DNA of 64,000 nucleotides from Octopus vulgaris (Eukaryota): NCBI GenBank assembly GCA_951406725.2, contig OX597831.1, positions 42,036,001 to 42,100,000 of the forward strand, read 5' to 3'. Shown piece by piece: positions 63,907 to 64,000 of this stretch (position 1 is its first letter; each line of letters starts with the position of its first letter). The notes under the pieces were generated by a model. It saw only the letters and a program-made list of their open reading frames with translations, ran no database searches and was not told where the DNA came from. The position numbers and the translations under genes were made by a program.

Positions 63907-63997
63907 TTTTAGTACAATCGTTTCATACAAAGACAGGCTTTATTAAAAGTTGCAAAAATTGCAGCATATAAACGTGTCCCGTACTCATCAGCTAAAA
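63907..63997 (-). ncRNA. Type I hammerhead ribozyme with canonical core
   Basis: UUUUAG-CUGAUGA-GUAC GGGACA...UGUCUU U GUAU-GAAA-C GAUU G-UA^CUAAAA; 6-bp stem I, extended stem II, GUA cleavage triplet. Confidence 0.7.
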
Positions 63998-64000
63998 TAC

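Overview
Eukaryotic, AT-rich, repeat-dense genomic DNA with spliceosomal introns. It is most likely an octopus (inferred from the tRNA-derived SINE families, RTE LINEs with (ATG)n tails and dense microsatellites). Nearly all ORFs in the supplied track are microsatellite, satellite or transposon artefacts. Splicing by hand reveals a cluster of three intact paralogous genes that the ORF track misses: one on + at about 5.2-10.8 kb, two on - at about 22.6-28.1 kb and 56.5 to beyond 63.2 kb. Each encodes a 75-82 aa secreted prepropeptide: signal peptide, short acidic propeptide, KR site, then an amphipathic mature peptide with a C-X3-C-X11-C-X3-C motif. Intron phases are identical, each has a 115-nt core exon, and two copies end in Gly (amidation signal). 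All 10 codons that differ between the two closest copies change the amino acid. I do not recognise the family by name; it looks like a lineage-expanded toxin, defence or pheromone-type peptide family. Also present: an orphan copy of the gene-2 promoter and leader exon pointing antisense to gene 1; a CRESS/circovirus-type Rep N-terminal fragment (FCFTLNNY) embedded in a 3.7-kb A-tract satellite; a Penelope-like element; several type I hammerhead ribozyme motifs; R4/Dong LINEs in (AAT)n arrays; RTE and CR1 LINE fragments; mariner, Tc2-like and hAT DNA elements; and foldback hairpins.
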